Shown here: in pieces, positions 30,271 to 42,640 of the stretch
Layout of the letters: every line of letters starts with the position of its first letter
Position numbering within the stretch: position 1 is the stretch's first letter
NCBI GenBank assembly: GCA_001244265.2
Contig: CDLV01000011.1
Coordinates: 930,001-994,000 of the forward strand
Length of the DNA: 64,000 bases
Reading direction: 5' to 3'
DNA from: Microbotryum violaceum
Lineage: Eukaryota
Program-made: the position numbers and the translations under genes
Notes under the pieces: model-generated
The model's database searches: none
What the model saw: only the letters and a program-made list of their open reading frames with translations
What the model was told of the DNA's origin: nothing

Positions 30271-31714
30271 CAAAAAGTCCAAGGCCTTGACCATTGCTCG
30301 GATACGCTCGATTCCGATGTACGATCTCCCATATGCAGCCAAGTGTTCGATCGTCAACATCTACTGCTACACAAAGATCTTGTACTACAGCTGATTCCTT
30401 CCCGCCCCCAAGAGCGTTGTCAAGGAGATCGAGGAGGCCGCCATGCTCGCCATTCACGGTCGAGCTTCGGATGGTACTCAGCAACGTCCGAAGGTCTCCC
30501 GGTCGCGCCTCTGCACCCCTCTTGATCACGGCGGCTTCGGTTTGATTGATCTGCCTCGGCGTCTTGCAATTGATCACGCGAAGTGGGTCTTCCAACTCCG
30601 GGCCCCGGACAGCTGCTTCACACGCCACCTCTTTGACATCCGCATCCGCCTCCAGGCACCAAACGAACCAACCCCTTTCACCTTGTCCAGACCGGCCCCC
30701 AACCAGCATCGTTGCTCTTGGATTTGGATCTGGTGGGCATACTTTTGCCATCCTCCCCAAAGTGGGACCATGTGGTGAGAAAAACGACAAAACTTCTTCC
30801 TGCTCGTTGGGTCCGATACTTCGAAGCCTGGGCGTTGGTGACCACGCTCAATCCCCCGGAACTCTCCAAGAGCCAGAACCTAGAGCAATGGGCGATGCAC
30901 GTACTCTATTTCCCAGCGGGCCACGGAACACAACTCTTGGTAAACCCGACGCTTTTTCGAGGGCCCGATGGCGAGGTGATGACCCCGTCTTCGTTTGTGA
31001 ACGCGTCCAAACGCCACCAAGTCTTCATCTTCCCCCTATCTTCCCCAAGGGACACCAAAAGGTATTCGGTCTGCCTGAGCAATGCTGGAACGCTTGGTGG
31101 AAGGCTTTGCGCAAGGTTCGCCGGGTTCACTCGGACGCCGAGGATACCGGCCACCTTCTCTCCCTGGGGTCCCTCCATCCGGGAAGCCAAGTCGCCTCCC
31201 CAACCAGCCCACATCCCAACAATCGATCTACCCCCTGTGTGATGTGCCTCTCGGAAGCACCCGAGTGCCTGGTTCACCTCGCGGTCGGCTGCCCATTTGC
31301 CCGGCGCCTCTGGTCTGCTCTGTCCCCGACCCCCACCCAGTCTTTGTGGACTTTGTATGCCCGGTCGTGTCTCGCTCGGAACGTCGACTTGTCGAACTAC
31401 GAGTCCTCTTCTTTCACTCGATCTGGAAGCTGTGTTGCCGTCGTCAATTCTCGTCGGATCTTTTGGAACCGATCACCGAAACGGAATTCGAGGGGCTTTG
31501 AGCCTCTATCCAGGAATCCAAGGGTCGCCTAGTGTCTCTGTAAGACACCAAAGGGGGTTTTAGTGGGTATGGTTGATCCTGGTTCAGGGTCAATGAGTCT
31601 TACACTACTGGCTTCTGCCAGTGTGCATAACAGCATTCCCTCCGACTTTTCCGAAGATTTCTAGGTATCAATATAATTATGCTGTTAATGAAGTCTATCA
31701 AATAAATAAATAAA
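30271..31714 (+). mobile_element. 5'-truncated non-LTR retrotransposon (L1/Tx1-like LINE 3' end)
   Basis: GGFGLIDL motif, zf-RVT-like CVMC...ECLVHLAVGCPFARRLW, frameshifts, (TAAA)n tail; interrupts homology to copy 1. Confidence 0.88.
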
Positions 31715-31817
31715 CCGAGTGCGCACGTCTCTTGCCTCCCCACCGCGTCGCGTCGTCTGTGCCATCATCGTCATCAACATCCTAGGCTAGGCTCTCGCTT
31801 CAGCCAACTTCGACGAG

Positions 31818-34800
31818 ATGTATCTAGGCAATCCGGATATCGAGCTCCTTGACGATGATTTCGAGCGAATGGCACCCCTCTTGGGCGTGAGGGTGTCTGA
31901 GCTTCTCGCCTTCCGCTTCGACAACCCGGAGACCTAAATACAGCTTGCGTGGTCGACAGACGAGCTTCTCGAGTTTGATACTCTTCCTAGGCCGTTCGAT
32001 GCTTGGAGGGACAAGTTCAAGGATCGTGGAGCAATCATTGCGGCACGAAATCAAGGTTACCGGTCTATCGCCATCGCTGGGCACCGGCTGCCTTTCGGTG
32101 TCGAAAGGATTTGGCGGCATATAGACTACGCTGAGCGCATGCGTTCGATCATTATCAGTAGCGATGAAAATTTATCTGGGTGTCAACATCGAAGATCAGC
32201 CTCTCATCGTCAAGGCTCTGGAGGTGCTGCCGTCATTAATCGTTGAGGAGCAATATACTCCCTCAATGATCCTCGGGTGTAGCGCGTCCTTGCGCACGCT
32301 GCTCGATTTCGTCGGTAAGTAGCCATTTTGTTTGCTTGTTCGATGGCGTGATTGACTGGGACTATTCTTCGTGCTTTTCCTAGGGACAACGTGGCTTGGA
32401 GAAACCGCGATGGACGTTGCCACCGCCAGCGTACTAGCTTCATCGCGAGTAGAAGCGTCGACAGCACCTGACAAGGTATACGGGGCATTCCCATCCCACC
32501 TCATGGCGATTTTGGTCGCGTCAAAAAAACATCACCCTGACTCTCCTCAACGTGATGTTCTCGACAAATACACCTTCACATCACCACTTGTTCCCTATCG
32601 AACTTTCAATCACAGCACGACGATCCAGACTAGCCAAGGAGCATCTTAAAGACATCGAATACTCGAAGGCTCGCCCCGCAGCATTTGCTGAATTCAAGGC
32701 GAAGGTCAAGCAGCTCTGCCCAGGTTCGGACGTGAAGATTGCAAATCCCAGGACGGTACAGTGGGGTCGCTGTCGTACATATCACAAGATGAAGACACGG
32801 CACGGCGTCACCCGCTTCATGAGGCATATTAATCAAAACCCGCCGTGCACAAACATGCGCAAGATCGACCACTACTTTGCTGTTCGACCGCCCGCGGAAA
32901 CGGCTGTCCGGTCGCAAAGGCAAAACCCTGGAAGATTCTCCCCCGTGTCCCGGCCTGACAGGCAAGCGGGTAGAGCGATACCTCTCAAAGATCTCTGCTC
33001 GAGGCGGAGGTGCACCATCTCGGCTAAAGCTCATCAAGAGAAGGTTCCCAAGACTTGGCAAACGTGTGCTGACTCCCTCCGAACGCCGTGAGATCAATAA
33101 TCTGGAAGCGAACGAGTGGAAGTGGGTGAACGATCATTCAGCACCTCGAGTGAACAATATCGAATGTACCAAGATCGGAGTGGAGTCTCAATGTGGAACA
33201 AAATCGCAGCCTTGCGCCAAATGCAAGGCACTGCTTCGCACGAAAGCCTTTCCACCGGCGTTATATCGGCCTCGGGCTGTCGGACCCACAATCAAGTTCA
33301 CGAATAAACGATTGGCTTCCGTCGACGCTCTGATGTCAAAGGTTTTCAAGGAACACCAAGGTCTGGAGGAACTCTTGGGGACCAAGGATGGCAAGATCTA
33401 TCATCGTTACGCCCAAGGTTTAATTGTCGGCGAGCTTGCTGGAGCAAATATTCTGAAAGGTATGGCAAAAGTTGCCGTGATTAAGCATAGGCGAAACGCA
33501 CAAGGCAAGGACATGAGAGGCTATGTGCGAGACGAAGCTTTGCTCGACTTTGAACACGCGCTGGCTCTGGCATCTCCCACGGCCTTGCGCGTGGTGCAAA
33601 AAACAATTGGAGGAATCTCGATGCGCACACTTCAGTAAGTTTCAGACCTGAGCTATCCGTCACTCCTTCAAGCTACTGACAATTACAAACCTCTCAGACA
33701 ACACCGAGCCACATTTGAAAAGCCCAGGTTCGGCTTAGATGAGCCCCACATGCAGCGCGTTGTCCAAAAGATCCTTTCGGATGGAAAGACCTTCAACCTG
33801 CATGTCGACGACACGAAACTGCGACAAGTAATCAGGACAACACGGATTTATTCGAAGGACAAGGAGGCGGAAGCTCGCCTGCGCGGCCAGAAAATCTTTC
33901 GTCACGAGCTCATTGGCATGGTTGGCCCGCCAATCGTGTATGAAACCACGCGGGAGCTCGAGGGTATCTTTCGGGGACCGAACCCTCCGATCGCTGGCAC
34001 CAAGGTCGGCGACTATGTCTGCGCGGCGCTTTGATTAGTTGCTCATTTGCTGGCGCTTCTGTGAATAGGTTCGAGTGTACATGCTTGCACCAAACGATGT
34101 CTCTTGCCCAGCCCAATACCTTGCCGCATTCGTGATTGGCGACTCGACGAGCTCATCCGAGGCTGCGGATGATTTGGAATCAGTTATTCAATTCCTCGTC
34201 AACGCTGAGCTAGGTCATCTTCTTGCCTGCATCTCAGCGGATGGGGCGGCAAGCGAAGGCGTCTTGCAGCGCGTCATGGCAAAGCGACTTGGCGGCGATG
34301 AGGGGTATACCGGAGAGGGGAACCGTCGGCGAGAGCTCGCACATGTCATTCCATCTCCAGGTCCCGACAAAGTCTTCCCAGCCATTCGACTGGCATCCGT
34401 TCAAGTGGGCAACACTCCAACGTGCCTCAATCGGGACGAAAAGCATCTGAGCAAAAATCTCCGCAGCGCGTGCGATTCAGGCGCCAGGGCAATATACGGC
34501 GGCACCGGATGCATCGGATATCGTGACCTGTTGACGCTGCTCGACGTCGAAGAGTCGGCAAGGACCTTGTATCTACGCGATGTGATTGGACGTGATCGTC
34601 AAGATGACAATGCGACGCATCGAGCGTTCTCCGAAGCTACTCTCTCGCTTGCTTGCCGACTTCACGAGGACGGCAAAGTCGATGCCGATGCCATCGTCTT
34701 CCTCTTTCTCTGCGGCGAGCTTCATGACGCGATACAAAATAGGTCATTGCAGCCGATTGAACGTATCAAGATGCTATTAACGGTTCGTTATACGTTTGAG

Positions 34801-36680
34801 GGCTGGTTGACCTTCGAGCGCAATCGTCCCGGGTACAACGCGCAGTCCTTTGTAGCCAAGGAGACCCTAGATGGTATGCGAAAGGTCGTCGATACGAACA
34901 TCGCCCTTATTCGGAACTACCGCGACTTTTGGCCGGAAGAAGCGTTCATACCTTGGCGACATGGTACGGAGATGGTCGAGCATTTTTTAGGCGGTTTGCG
35001 CAAAGTCGTGCAAGAGTTTGATGATTTAGAATTCCTGCACATCACACGTATGACAGGCTCGACGATCTCGACCTCGTCGCAATGCGGACTTATCCAAACG
35101 ATGAAGAGATTCAATCCACAAGCTTGGTTGCTGCAGGACTTGCAAAAGAGCTCCTTCTTGGTCTTCGAATGTGGGATACCATACATTATCAGAAGTCCAA
35201 CCAGGTAGAGGAAGAGATACCGGTCAATGGTGGGTGTCGCAAGCTTGTGGCTTCGTTTTGAGCAAAGCTGATTGATGCCGCCCCTTACAGCTAGTGAACC
35301 TTGGCATTTCGAGCCCGAGGACACTGAGCCGGTTTCGTACCTCGCTGACCTAGATCGGACCCTCAATGGGATCCGAACCAAAACGTGCCAAGGTCTCGTC
35401 GTGCTGGACCCGAAAGAGCGAAAGTCAGTTGAAAATGCTGTTCGCTCTTTAGCTGCTCTTGGCCTTGACAATGATGCTGCACTGTAAGTTGAGTGCTTGA
35501 GACCTGTACCCGCCTCATCCGAGCTGATGATACGTCTCTTTCAATTCTAGGCTTGCCGTTCAGCAGGCCTATGATAAGGCCGATGCTCAAGCAGAGGAAC
35601 GCTTTCTACTCGACGCCATTGAGACAGCAAATGAAAGCTTGCCAGGTCGTGTAGGTTCATTTAAGCAGCAACTGTCTTCTTGCAGAACCACTAAACAGAA
35701 CCAGCACTCTTTCACAGGCTCAAATTCTTCGGCTCCCATCCCTTCTGCGTCACGACACTCGTCAGCTTGCGCTTGATCTGAAAAGCTTGACTGAGCACCG
35801 TCGGGCCCATCAATGTGCCCACCTCAAGGGAAAGCACGGCGCCCCCACCTCGACTGCCCAAGATTTCGATCCCACATCAAAAGCGCAATTGTCCAAGCAC
35901 GGTGAAGTGCACTCCAGTGTCCTCCGAGGCTTAGTGCAATCAATGGGTGCAGCCCGTCTCGAAGCTGTGTCAGGAGTTGCGAGGTCCATTCGTTGGACAG
36001 GACAAGGGACCTTCAGTCGCTTTTCGACCGCAAACGAGACAAACAACATAGGATACATCGAAGACGGACGTAAAGAAGTGAGCTACAATCGTGTGCTGTG
36101 CACATATCGCCCAGAGAGTGCTCATCAATAATGTTCATTCTTGCCCAGGTACGGATGCAATTGCGAGCAAGGCAATACACGGTATTCGCCAAGATCCCAA
36201 CGTTTGGGTCGATTGACGGAAACGTCACGTCAGCCATGCCTTTGAAAATCGGCTCTTTTGTCTGCTTCGGATTGAAACGAGGCATCATACCTGTCAGTTG
36301 TGACGCCAGCAACATAGGAGAAGACCAATTGTCCATTGGACTTGGTTTGTGCATCTCACTATAGCTAGCTTACTGCTTTGCAGAGTGACTGACTTCGATT
36401 TTACCTCTCGTAGTACGTTACATGTATGCCAAGGCCACGTCAAATCATTGTGACAGAGCGGAGACCGACTCCCTCGCGTTACTCTCGAAGTCGTCCTCCA
36501 AGAATTACGAGTTGTGAGCAAGGGCCGTTATTCAACGCATATGATTGACGGCACGACTCGCTTCTTTGGACTCGATGCTCGACATATTATTCAATCCTTG
36601 GAATCATCCTCAACGCCCGCCCTCACTCTCGCACCCTAGGATTCAGTTGCATACCTCGGGGAGCGTGTCTTCGACTTAAG
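31818..36680 (+). pseudogene. Spliced DDE transposase, P-element/THAP9-like, with stops and frameshifts (ends approximate)
   Basis: LHVDDTKLR (~33800), CISADGA (~34230), DEKHLSKNLR DxxH motif (~34435), DRQDD, TEMVEHFLGGLR (~34970); Cys/His clusters upstream; lies between TIRs. Confidence 0.7.
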
Positions 36681-38579
36681 CCAGCAGGCTGAGGCCAGGT
36701 TCTGTTTTCTTCGACGCTACAACGGATTACGGGACGCTTCTGTGTCCTTGAGTAATCAAATGAAGGGCGTGAAAGATGTAGGGTCAAAAAGGAAGGCAGC
36801 AAGTGCAGATGAGGAGCCCTCGGCGAAGCAGAACCGAACCGGCTGACACGCGCGCGGGCTCCGCCGATTCGGCCCGAGCGAAAAACGTCCGGACGGCGTT
36901 TTCGCGATTTTTGGAGATGTTTTAGAGCATTTGAAGCAATTCTAGAGCTATTTTTCGAGGCGCGTAGATGGACTGGACATTTTGGGGACCTTTTTGGCCG
37001 AAAATTCCAAAAAATAGTGGACAAATGAGGTCCAAATTCGGCGATTTTCCCGGATTTTACCTACGCGCCTCAGGCTGGGCTTTCATGGGTCCTCTCTGTG
37101 CGCGCCCTTGCTAGAACCTTGTCAGACTCGCGCGCTCTCGCGCCTCTCTCCCTCTTCTCTATCGTTTCACCTCACCATTCAGACTGCTGAGATTCGTTAG
37201 AGAACAGATCGCTCGGCTGCGCCGCGGCCGTCCCTCCAGGCCGCGTCCTCACCGCCTCACGACTTCTCCACCGGGGAGTACTTTGCTTCGCCATCCTGCC
37301 TCGCAACCCCCGAAACGATCTGGTCCGTGCCGCCTCACGATTCTCCAGCGACCCCCCGGTCCCAACTTAATAAAGTTCGGGAGGCGGGCGGGAAAGCGAG
37401 ATTCTCAAAGTCCGGAGCGAGAAACAGGCCATGTTGCAAGCGAAAGTAGTCAATTCAAGCAATCAGGAGTGATTCACACCGCACTCGCCTTTCGAGGTCG
37501 CCTTTGGCAACTGGCCAATCTCCAAGAGCGACCTTGAGCCCCACATGATGGGCTGCCCGAGCATCGGCAAAGCCTGCTCCATCTTTTCGACCTACTCAGC
37601 TCTTAGGCCATGGTGACCATGAGGCGCGGTCGATACATCGGCAAAGAACTACTCTCATCTCTATCCTCCATAAAACTCTTGCCTAACATCCTGATCTCTG
37701 TCCACTCTCGATCATTACACACATGCCCGCCCGAGCCGAAACTACCACTTCCATTTCCCAAGTCGATTCGCATCAACTACATCAACCCCCAACGCAGGCT
37801 CTTTCACGGCTTATAAAATATATTACCTTACTGCGGCTTCCATTGCAGCGAGTGTCACTTATGTAGTAGATCTCCTTCAGTAACCCTTGGCCCTGGGCCG
37901 GACCTTGCCCGTCCCCGAGTCGACCCCTAACGATAAACAAAGCGCGCCGGTGCTCATTGGCCGACACGTCGAAGGCGAAGGGATTTCGGCGCCCATCATC
38001 ATAAAATGCCCTGCAGCACCTGAATTTCATCAAGGTCATTGTAAACGAGACAAGGGAAACTCGACCGCTTTGATGAGTGATGCAAGGGTTTTGTCCTGAT
38101 CTGAGGACAAAGGGCAAGTCTCGGGCGAGGAGTTGGATCAAGTCGATGAGAGTGATCAAAGTGGGGAGAATGACCAAAGGAAGCCTAGGCGCTTCGTTCT
38201 TGATCTCGCGGGGTCGTACAGATTGAGTACGTGTTTTGCGCCTGACCTTTGAGCATGATCTTCCACAAGTAGCTGCGGTGGGTACCGCGAGCCGAGTGCG
38301 GTGAGCGAGTTTATGCTTGAGCTTTCAGAAATCGATAGCGAATACAAGATCACAAGCCTTCTTCACTGTGATTGCTATTGAGATGCTGATACAACAGGTG
38401 TTTACCTCTCTCGCCGTAATGTACAAGCTATTCTTCTCTGTCATGATTGCCGATGCAATCAAGCACTTTGTGGCTTACATCTCATCACCACTCGTGATTG
38501 AACGTGTCCGGTGCCATCGAGGTCATCCACCTGTTTCAATATGAAGCAGGGCCAGTCAGTGCCGGATGATCGACATGGT

Positions 38580-41500
38580 AGTCAAGAGTCGGTTACCAGA
38601 GCATACTGGGGCAAGAACAAGCGATCGATACCGTCGTTGAAAGCCGAGTCCAGAGTCCAATCCTACAAAGGTAGGCCAAGCTCGAGTCAGTTTCCTCTCA
38701 CACTACCAATGATCAAAGGACGCGTTGAAGTCGACGTACCTCATCACCTTGCAACCACTCGGGCAAGACGTCGGATCCGACCCAATTACTATCCGACACG
38801 GGGAGGGAAAGCAAGTCAACGGAGCCGAGTCCGGCGGGGTTTGGCCAGATTCCCGAAAGGGCCGAATTGGGAAGCCCATTCGGGTCACCGAGTAAGCCAG
38901 CTCCGTTCTGGGCTTCTCCTCCACCAAGATTGGGTCCGTTCGTATTCCCGCTGGTCCCGCTGGTCGCTGGTCCTCTAGCACCGTACATCGCTCCACCAGC
39001 ATGATTCAAGGCGGCGTTCAACGTCGTCGCTAATGAATGCGTTAACCCTCCACCGCTCGACGAAGCCTCGAGTTTGTTGAACAGTGCCGAGATGTCACTG
39101 GCGAACCCGGCGGAAGTAGAGAACCGTTCGACCGCGATCTTGATCGTCAGACTGAAGCGTTGAGCTTGATATTCTCGAAGCCAGGAATAGAGGTCGCAGC
39201 ATTGTTTGGCGACGGCGTAGAGATCCAAGCCTTCAGGGAAGAGGCGAGAGAGCTTGAGGTAGAGCAGGCAGGCGACTAGTAGAGTGGAAAGGGAGGGGAG
39301 CGGTGAGTCCAAAGTACCAATTGTCGCTAGCTGTACCGAGTTTCACTCACAACTGATCTCGATGAAGACGTCCTGAGTGGCGAATCGGATGGCCGTGCGG
39401 AATGAGGGCAGCGCCGCGACATTGAGGATCACACTCGCGGCTTGACGAGCCAACATGGCAAACTCTCGAGCGTCCTGGATATAGAAACGCTTATCGAATC
39501 AGCCATTTTAGCTGCTCGAGAGGGAGAGGAGTTTAGTGAGCCAGCTCACCACAGGTAGAGACTCGGCGGATCCGAGACTTTGTCTCTTGAGCAGGGTTGT
39601 GTACAGGAAGAGGAGTGTCGTATTGAGCGACAGTTGCAGTCGACGCCGTTGTACGGATTCGTCCAGTTGATTTCGCGCTGAGGAAAGGCCACAATCTCAG
39701 TCAAAAGCCTCGACGAAATTTGTCCGTGTATTGTAATTCACCAAGGATACTGTCCCACTTGACGTGCCATGCCCTCAGATCCTTGGCCGTCCTCCTTGCA
39801 AATTCGACAATCTGCGACGTGATGCTCACCACATGCATCAACTCGATCCTACTCCTTGCCTCGATCAACTCGAACTGGGCCACGAGCCAAGCGTCCGACT
39901 CGATATGAAAGGGGTGGTCCAAGAAGGCGTCGAGTTTTCCCGATGAGACGAGATCCTGTTGTAAGTTATGGGGTCTACCCGAGCTGGCGCAGAGGGTGTA
40001 GTTGAGCAAGGAGAGGCAGAGCCATATCCTGGCCGAGATGACGAGGTTGCGTTGTTCGGTGAGGGACCGTTCTCTTGATCCGTCGACGAGCTTCTCCAAT
40101 GCGCGATGCAGGTTTAGTTCCTCGGCCATGCGTAGCGCGTGCCCTCCTGCGAGATAACCTGGTTCAGACCACGCCGCGAGGATCGCCATCGAGCTGCAAC
40201 CCTCGATTCGTACTGTCGGACAGAACAATGACGATCGAGCAATGCCCTGCGACTCCTCCAATCCGTATTCGGCAGCGGCTCGGATTGCCGGCGTCGGATG
40301 GGCTATCCTCGTCGCGGCGACGGCAATAATGGAATTGAGGGACCACGGTGTCCGCTCTCGAATCGAGCCGTACTGATCGTAATCCGGGTCGAGAATGGGA
40401 AAGAAGGGGAGACAATTTTGGATGAAGACGTCAAAGACGTCGCGCGCGGTCGAATCCTCGACTTGGCCCTTTTCAACAACGTCGGGAAAGGCGTTCGGGG
40501 GTGGTACGACTTGAGTTCGAGGTCGTTTCCGAGGTCGACCTTTGTGAACCAAAGGGGTCAGGTAGCCACTTCCTGTAGCTCGCGTGTTCATGTCTCCCGA
40601 GGCTTCGGCTGCCGCCTGGGCGAGGGCTTCGAATGGCGCTGTGAGCGACTCGGAAGGCAAGGCATCGTCTTCGCCGTCTTCGGACTGCGCTCGAGAGGGA
40701 ATGAGGCCATCTGTGTAAGAACGAAAATCAGAGGGTGCCTTACACCAAACTGAGAGAGTGAATTCACTGACATGTCGAGATTGGATGTGGGGGAGCTTGA
40801 TATCCGGGCAACGGAGGAAACTTCTTTGCCCTCCGACCCGTTGATGCTTCCCCGTCGAACAAACCATCACTGTTCCTTTTGTTGGAGTTCGCAGAAGCTG
40901 GGATGTGAGCGAACGTCGGTGGTGCTGGCGCAGTATTAGAGGGATACCCTGATTCGAGTGCGACAGTGGTGATCGGAATCGGGATCGACATGGCGTTGCT
41001 CGCGAGTGGGTCGACGCCGGGAGCGTTGGGGTCTTGCGGCCAGGCCATGGGGTTCGAAGGTGACTGGGCGTTCCAAGCAGCGGGGAGTCGAAGGGCAGGG
41101 TTGTTGGGGTGCGGCAGGAAAGTGGGGGGGTACGCCGGTGCGACGGCACCGAACTCGGTGATCCGACTCGAGGTGGTACCTGCTGGTGATTCGCCGGCCG
41201 ACAAAACTTGCTTGCCGAAAGCCTCCATCAACCGCTCGACGTTGTTGGACAGCGCATTGAGAGCTTCATTTCGGTGCGCGGTAGAACAGAAGAGGCCAAG
41301 AGGACGTTAGTAGGCAGGTTCTTCAAGCAGAAGTCTTGTGGATTCTGACTGACTGGATTCCATGCGCTCGATTCTTTCCTCGTCAACGGCTTTGGCATGC
41401 ATGGGCGTCTCGAACACGCAAGCCGAGTTTGTGTTTTTACACCTCTCGCATCTGAAGAGTGCAAGGTCGTTGGAAGGTAAGCGAGCTTTCCTGGTTCAGC

Positions 41501-41771
41501 GCTGGTCTCGGCACTTTGCCGAAGCCCGGGTGACTCGGTCAGGGAGAGAACTTGCGGTGGGTTACCCGACGGTGCGACACATCGTGCTTTTCCGGCTCGA
41601 CAGCGGACACCTGTGAAGGAAGCGAAACGATCTTTAGCGATGGCGGAGAGCGCAGTGGATGGGACGGTCGGCCGAGAAGCTCCTCGGTAGGTGATGGCAC
41701 TTACACGCTCGTGCGCCTCGTTTGACCTGGGTCGAAGAGGCATTGGCCTCGGGTGATCCCGTAGACGACAT
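38580..41771 (-). CDS. Zn(II)2Cys6 transcription factor with fungal TF middle-homology region (PriB-like); 3' end approximate
   Basis: Spliced RGARACVRCRAGKARC...CERCKNTNSACVF; GHALRMAEELNLH, SARIWLCL. Confidence 0.88.
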
Positions 41772-42640
41772 GGTAGAGTCGTGCACAGGACGAGGTCGAG
41801 CTGGGTTAGGTAGGCAGCAACTTGTGACTAAGCTGAGCCGAACGTGGGGCGCAAGCTACTGCAAGCAGCTACTGCTTAGCCTGGACGACGAGGTAACCTT
41901 AAGCTTTCGAGCCCGGTCAGCTTTCGAGTTGGAGGTGACCGATCAGTCGGGTCCGAAAACACGGCTTGGTCCCTTCACGTCGGGTCAGGTGCACCGAGCA
42001 CTTCGGAGCACGAAGATTGTCGCGGTCTGCCGACGTCGTCCGCCCAGATCTAGCGGCGAAAGAGCATTCGAGGTCGAGCAGATACTGTATCCTTCTTGAG
42101 CGAGCACCGTTGGCGTTGACTGCTCTCAGGCTCGCAGAAACACAGTTGAAACGTTGAAGCTTGAAGGTGAAAGCGCGCGCGGCATTCGAGCCCGGCCTGA
42201 CTGCTTCTTGCCGAAGGCTCAGCTCAGATAATGAAGGGCTCCGATCGGCTCCGATCACGCGAGCACGGATTGGCCTGAGGCCTCCGCCTGGCTCAGCGCT
42301 CAATGCTCAGCGCTCAGCCCCCACACTGCGCCGCTGCACCTTCGCACACAACTGCCGCCAGCTGCTTCTCATCACAGTGCCTCGCGGGGTGAACATCGTC
42401 GCCACGCCTTTCATCCGTAAAGTTAGCTCATTCGTCTTTCGTCAAGCTTCATCCGCGACTGCTCGGTCCTTGCGCTCGTTCGGTACCACAACAAGGACGA
42501 TCCAGCCTCGACTCCCACCCCACTCGCGCAAGTTCCGGGCCCGCGCAGCAGCAGGAGCGACCACAAACATAAGTTCAAGTTCAATCCCAGTTTCAAGCCT
42601 CTTTGGCGCCCTCATTTCATTCCGTAAAGTTCCCCCAAAG

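Larger units (their letters stand above)
29963..37093 (+). mobile_element. TIR DNA transposon copy 2 (P-like family), near full length, carrying a nested LINE
   Basis: 31-bp imperfect TIRs AGGACCCCCGAGAGCCC.. / ..GGGCTTTCATGGGTCCT; perfect 8-bp TSD CTCTGTGC at 29955-29962 and 37094-37101. Confidence 0.9.

Noticed and set aside
37800-38520. Possible kinase-like gene remnant
   Set aside because: Short fragments without convincing catalytic motifs
42161-42640. 160-aa N-terminal extension of BPL1
   Set aside because: Starts at a non-ATG codon; family similarity begins at ATG 42641
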